A DNA stretch of 64,000 nt. Origin: Candidatus Cloacimonadales bacterium (lineage in GTDB: Bacteria; Cloacimonadota; Cloacimonadia; Cloacimonadales; JAIOQZ01). The notes below the pieces were generated by a model. It ran no database searches and was not told the origin of the DNA. It saw only the letters and a list, made by a program, of their open reading frames with translations. Within the stretch, counting starts at the first letter, position 1. Every line of letters begins with the position of its first letter. The position numbers and the translations under genes are program-made. Below, one piece after another: positions 61,843 through 64,000 of this stretch. The DNA is taken from NCBI GenBank assembly GCA_963665815.1, contig OY762463.1:2432001-2496000 (forward strand). Reading direction: 5' to 3'.

Positions 61843-62943
61843 ATGAAGAAAATTATCTTTTATTTCCTTTTATTAGTGTTAGTTATATCCGGATGTAAAT
61901 CTTCTTCCGGACCATCAGATAAAATCACAATAAATGTGCCTAATGAAGGGTATGTCTGGGAAGAAACTGTACAGTTCGAAGCAGATATATCTATAAGTAA
62001 AAAAGTATCATTGGTATCATGGCTTTTAAATGGATCAGTTATCTCTGTTGTAGAAGTACCCCCTTATAGTATTACATTTAATACATCGACGATGACATAT
62101 GGCGATGTCTATGATTTATCAGTTATTGTGAGAGATGAAGACAATAATGAAATTTCATCCGACATATATGAAATAATACGGATACCATTCAATATTCCAT
62201 CATCTTCTTTCAATGATATCAGCGGTTATACAGAAACTGATGATTATGGTAATCTGGGAGGTACTATTGACCAGAATGACTGGAGACTGTTCCTGATTGG
62301 AAATGATGCAGCACCGAAAGCTGAGAGATATGCAACAATTAAGAATGTAAATATATCCAGTAATTATAGAAAAATTTCCATCTCATGGGAAGCGGAAGAT
62401 GAATATGATAATCTTGGATACAATATTTACAGGGGTACAAGCAGCAGTGATTATAATAACAACAGTGCCATACATCTTAATTATTATGGATTGATTCCCA
62501 ATGAAACAGATATGGAGTACACATACGTTGACAGCTTCGGTTTAAATTATAATAATAATTATTATTACTGGATTGAAATTGTTAACTCTGATAATACAAA
62601 ATATACTTATCCTCCGGAAGGTCACAAATATACTCTTTACAATCCGGACGAGTTGATTTTTACATTCCATAAGTGTTATCCTAATCCGGTTGGCAGCAGC
62701 ACAACATTACCTTTTACTCTGGAAGAAAATTCTGAAATAACTTTCATGTTTTTTAACTCAGACAAGAGCTATTTTGAAGTACCGGTGCAGGATCAGGTTT
62801 ATGAAAGAGGTTACAATACATTTATTTGGAATGATCTTCCTCAAGATGCAGGATTATACCGCTGTTTATACTACATTAAGTGTTTGAATTCCGGAGAAAT
62901 ATATTATGGCTTCGGGGATATATATGTACATTCAGCTTTGTAA
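61843..62943 (+). CDS. Lipoprotein with Ig-like domains and a C-terminal T9SS-CTD/FlgD-like domain
   Basis: Lipobox ISGC; Ig-like segment (PPYSITFNT); ISWEAEDEYDNLGYNIYRG; CYPNP..STT..FTL...GYNTFIWN...GLY. Confidence 0.7.
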   Translation: MKKIIFYFLLLVLVISGCKSSSGPSDKITINVPNEGYVWEETVQFEADISISKKVSLVSWLLNGSVISVVEVPPYSITFNTSTMTYGDVYDLSVIVRDEDNNEISSDIYEIIRIPFNIPSSSFNDISGYTETDDYGNLGGTIDQNDWRLFLIGNDAAPKAERYATIKNVNISSNYRKISISWEAEDEYDNLGYNIYRGTSSSDYNNNSAIHLNYYGLIPNETDMEYTYVDSFGLNYNNNYYYWIEIVNSDNTKYTYPPEGHKYTLYNPDELIFTFHKCYPNPVGSSTTLPFTLEENSEITFMFFNSDKSYFEVPVQDQVYERGYNTFIWNDLPQDAGLYRCLYYIKCLNSGEIYYGFGDIYVHSAL

Positions 62944-63159
62944 CAAATATTGAAATTTACGTTCTTTCTTCATAAGTCAGATAATAGCTGTCAGTAAATT
63001 ACCTGTATAAACCTTAGATTAATTGATATAGTTGATGATAACTTGAACTCATCATATTACCTTGACTATTCATGTTTTTTGAAACAGAAATTTCAGGCTG
63101 GTAAATATTTATCATAATCTTTACTTGACTTATAAAATTGAAATTCAGAGTCTGCTTTT

Positions 63160-63939
63160 ATGAGAAATTTTGATTTGATGATTGATATTGGAAACACTCA
63201 CATAGTCTTAGGACTGTATGAACAGGGAAACATGAGTTTTTCCTGGAGACTGCACTCGAACAAAAGTAAAACTGAAGATGAGTATTATGTTTTTATTAAT
63301 GAACTTTTTAATTCTCAGAATATCAGTTTGAAAGAGATTAGCCGTTGTGCAGTTTCTTCGGTAGTACCCAAATTGACAAGAGTGTTTAATCACCTGATAG
63401 AAAAATATATTTCTGTCAAAGCTGTTTTTGTAGACGGCTATTCTGATCTTGGCATGGACTTATCAGTTGATCCGGCTATGGTAGGGTCTGATCTTATAGT
63501 TAATGCTTATTCTGCCTGGAAAAAATATAAAAACAATACAATTATCTGTGATCTTGGAACAGCGACAACTATTCAGCTTACAGGAGAGAATGGGAAATTT
63601 TACGGAACAATAATAGCCCCCGGTGTTGTAAGCTCTGCCGAAAACTTATTTTCAACAGCATCACTTTTATCTAATATCCAACTCAAACAGCCCAAAAAGC
63701 TCCTGGGGACAAATACCGAAGAAGCTCTGCTTTCAGGAATTGTTTCCGGAAATGCATATATGCTGGACAGTTTTATCAAAAAAATAAAAAATACACATAA
63801 AGAAATGCAGGATGTGATAACAATTGCAACCGGAGGAATATCCACTCTGATTGCCCAACAATCTAATCAAATAGATGTAGTAGATAAAAATCTTACATTA
63901 GATGGTCTTTCTCTTATCTGCGATAAATTGCTTACATGA
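63160..63939 (+). CDS. coaX: Type III pantothenate kinase
   Basis: IDIGNT, SSVVP, GSD, DLGTATT, IAPG, IATGG, LTLDGL. Confidence 0.95.
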   Translation: MRNFDLMIDIGNTHIVLGLYEQGNMSFSWRLHSNKSKTEDEYYVFINELFNSQNISLKEISRCAVSSVVPKLTRVFNHLIEKYISVKAVFVDGYSDLGMDLSVDPAMVGSDLIVNAYSAWKKYKNNTIICDLGTATTIQLTGENGKFYGTIIAPGVVSSAENLFSTASLLSNIQLKQPKKLLGTNTEEALLSGIVSGNAYMLDSFIKKIKNTHKEMQDVITIATGGISTLIAQQSNQIDVVDKNLTLDGLSLICDKLLT

Positions 63940-64000
63940 AGAAATACTTAATATTAATAATAATCATTTTAACAGCTTTCAGTATATTATCAGGAAAATC
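63936..64000 (+). CDS. 5' end of a secreted protein (runs off window)
   Basis: ATGA overlap with the coaX stop; MKKYLILIIIILTAFSILSGK signal-peptide-like. Confidence 0.6.
   Translation, partial: MKKYLILIIIILTAFSILSGK

Overview
AT-rich bacterial chromosome segment from a diderm (LPS heptosyltransferase, lipoproteins, beta-barrel proteins, FlgD/T9SS-CTD-like domains, sigma54 activators). The gene style suggests an FCB-group lineage such as Cloacimonadota, which is inference only. The right half is mostly core genes: dinG-exonuclease, a giant TPR-GAF-sigma54 activator, waaF, alaS, clpX-clpP-tig, tRNA-Leu(TAG), sppA, an NtrY/NtrX-like pair, ruvB and coaX. The left half holds a PEP-synthase-like/receiver gene upstream of gdhA, an ABC-F ATPase, a cytoplasmic hybrid-kinase cluster and an accessory patch of small unrelated genes with eroding pseudogenes. 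The most notable locus (11.2-16.7 kb) is divergent. An ABC exporter and a beta-propeller lipoprotein face an unannotated 59-aa leaderless peptide gene (strong RBS, missed by the ORF track), followed by more beta-propeller lipoprotein paralogues, one frameshifted and one reduced to a remnant. It is a candidate peptide export/sensing/immunity system. Also notable: tandem 'signal peptide + CTD-only' proteins, two GNAT genes apparently broken by microhomology-type deletions, and a near-consensus sigma54 promoter driving a PDZ-beta-barrel gene next to a sigma54 two-component system. No CRISPR array, transposase, integrase or rRNA was seen. All product calls come from motif reading by eye, not database searches.
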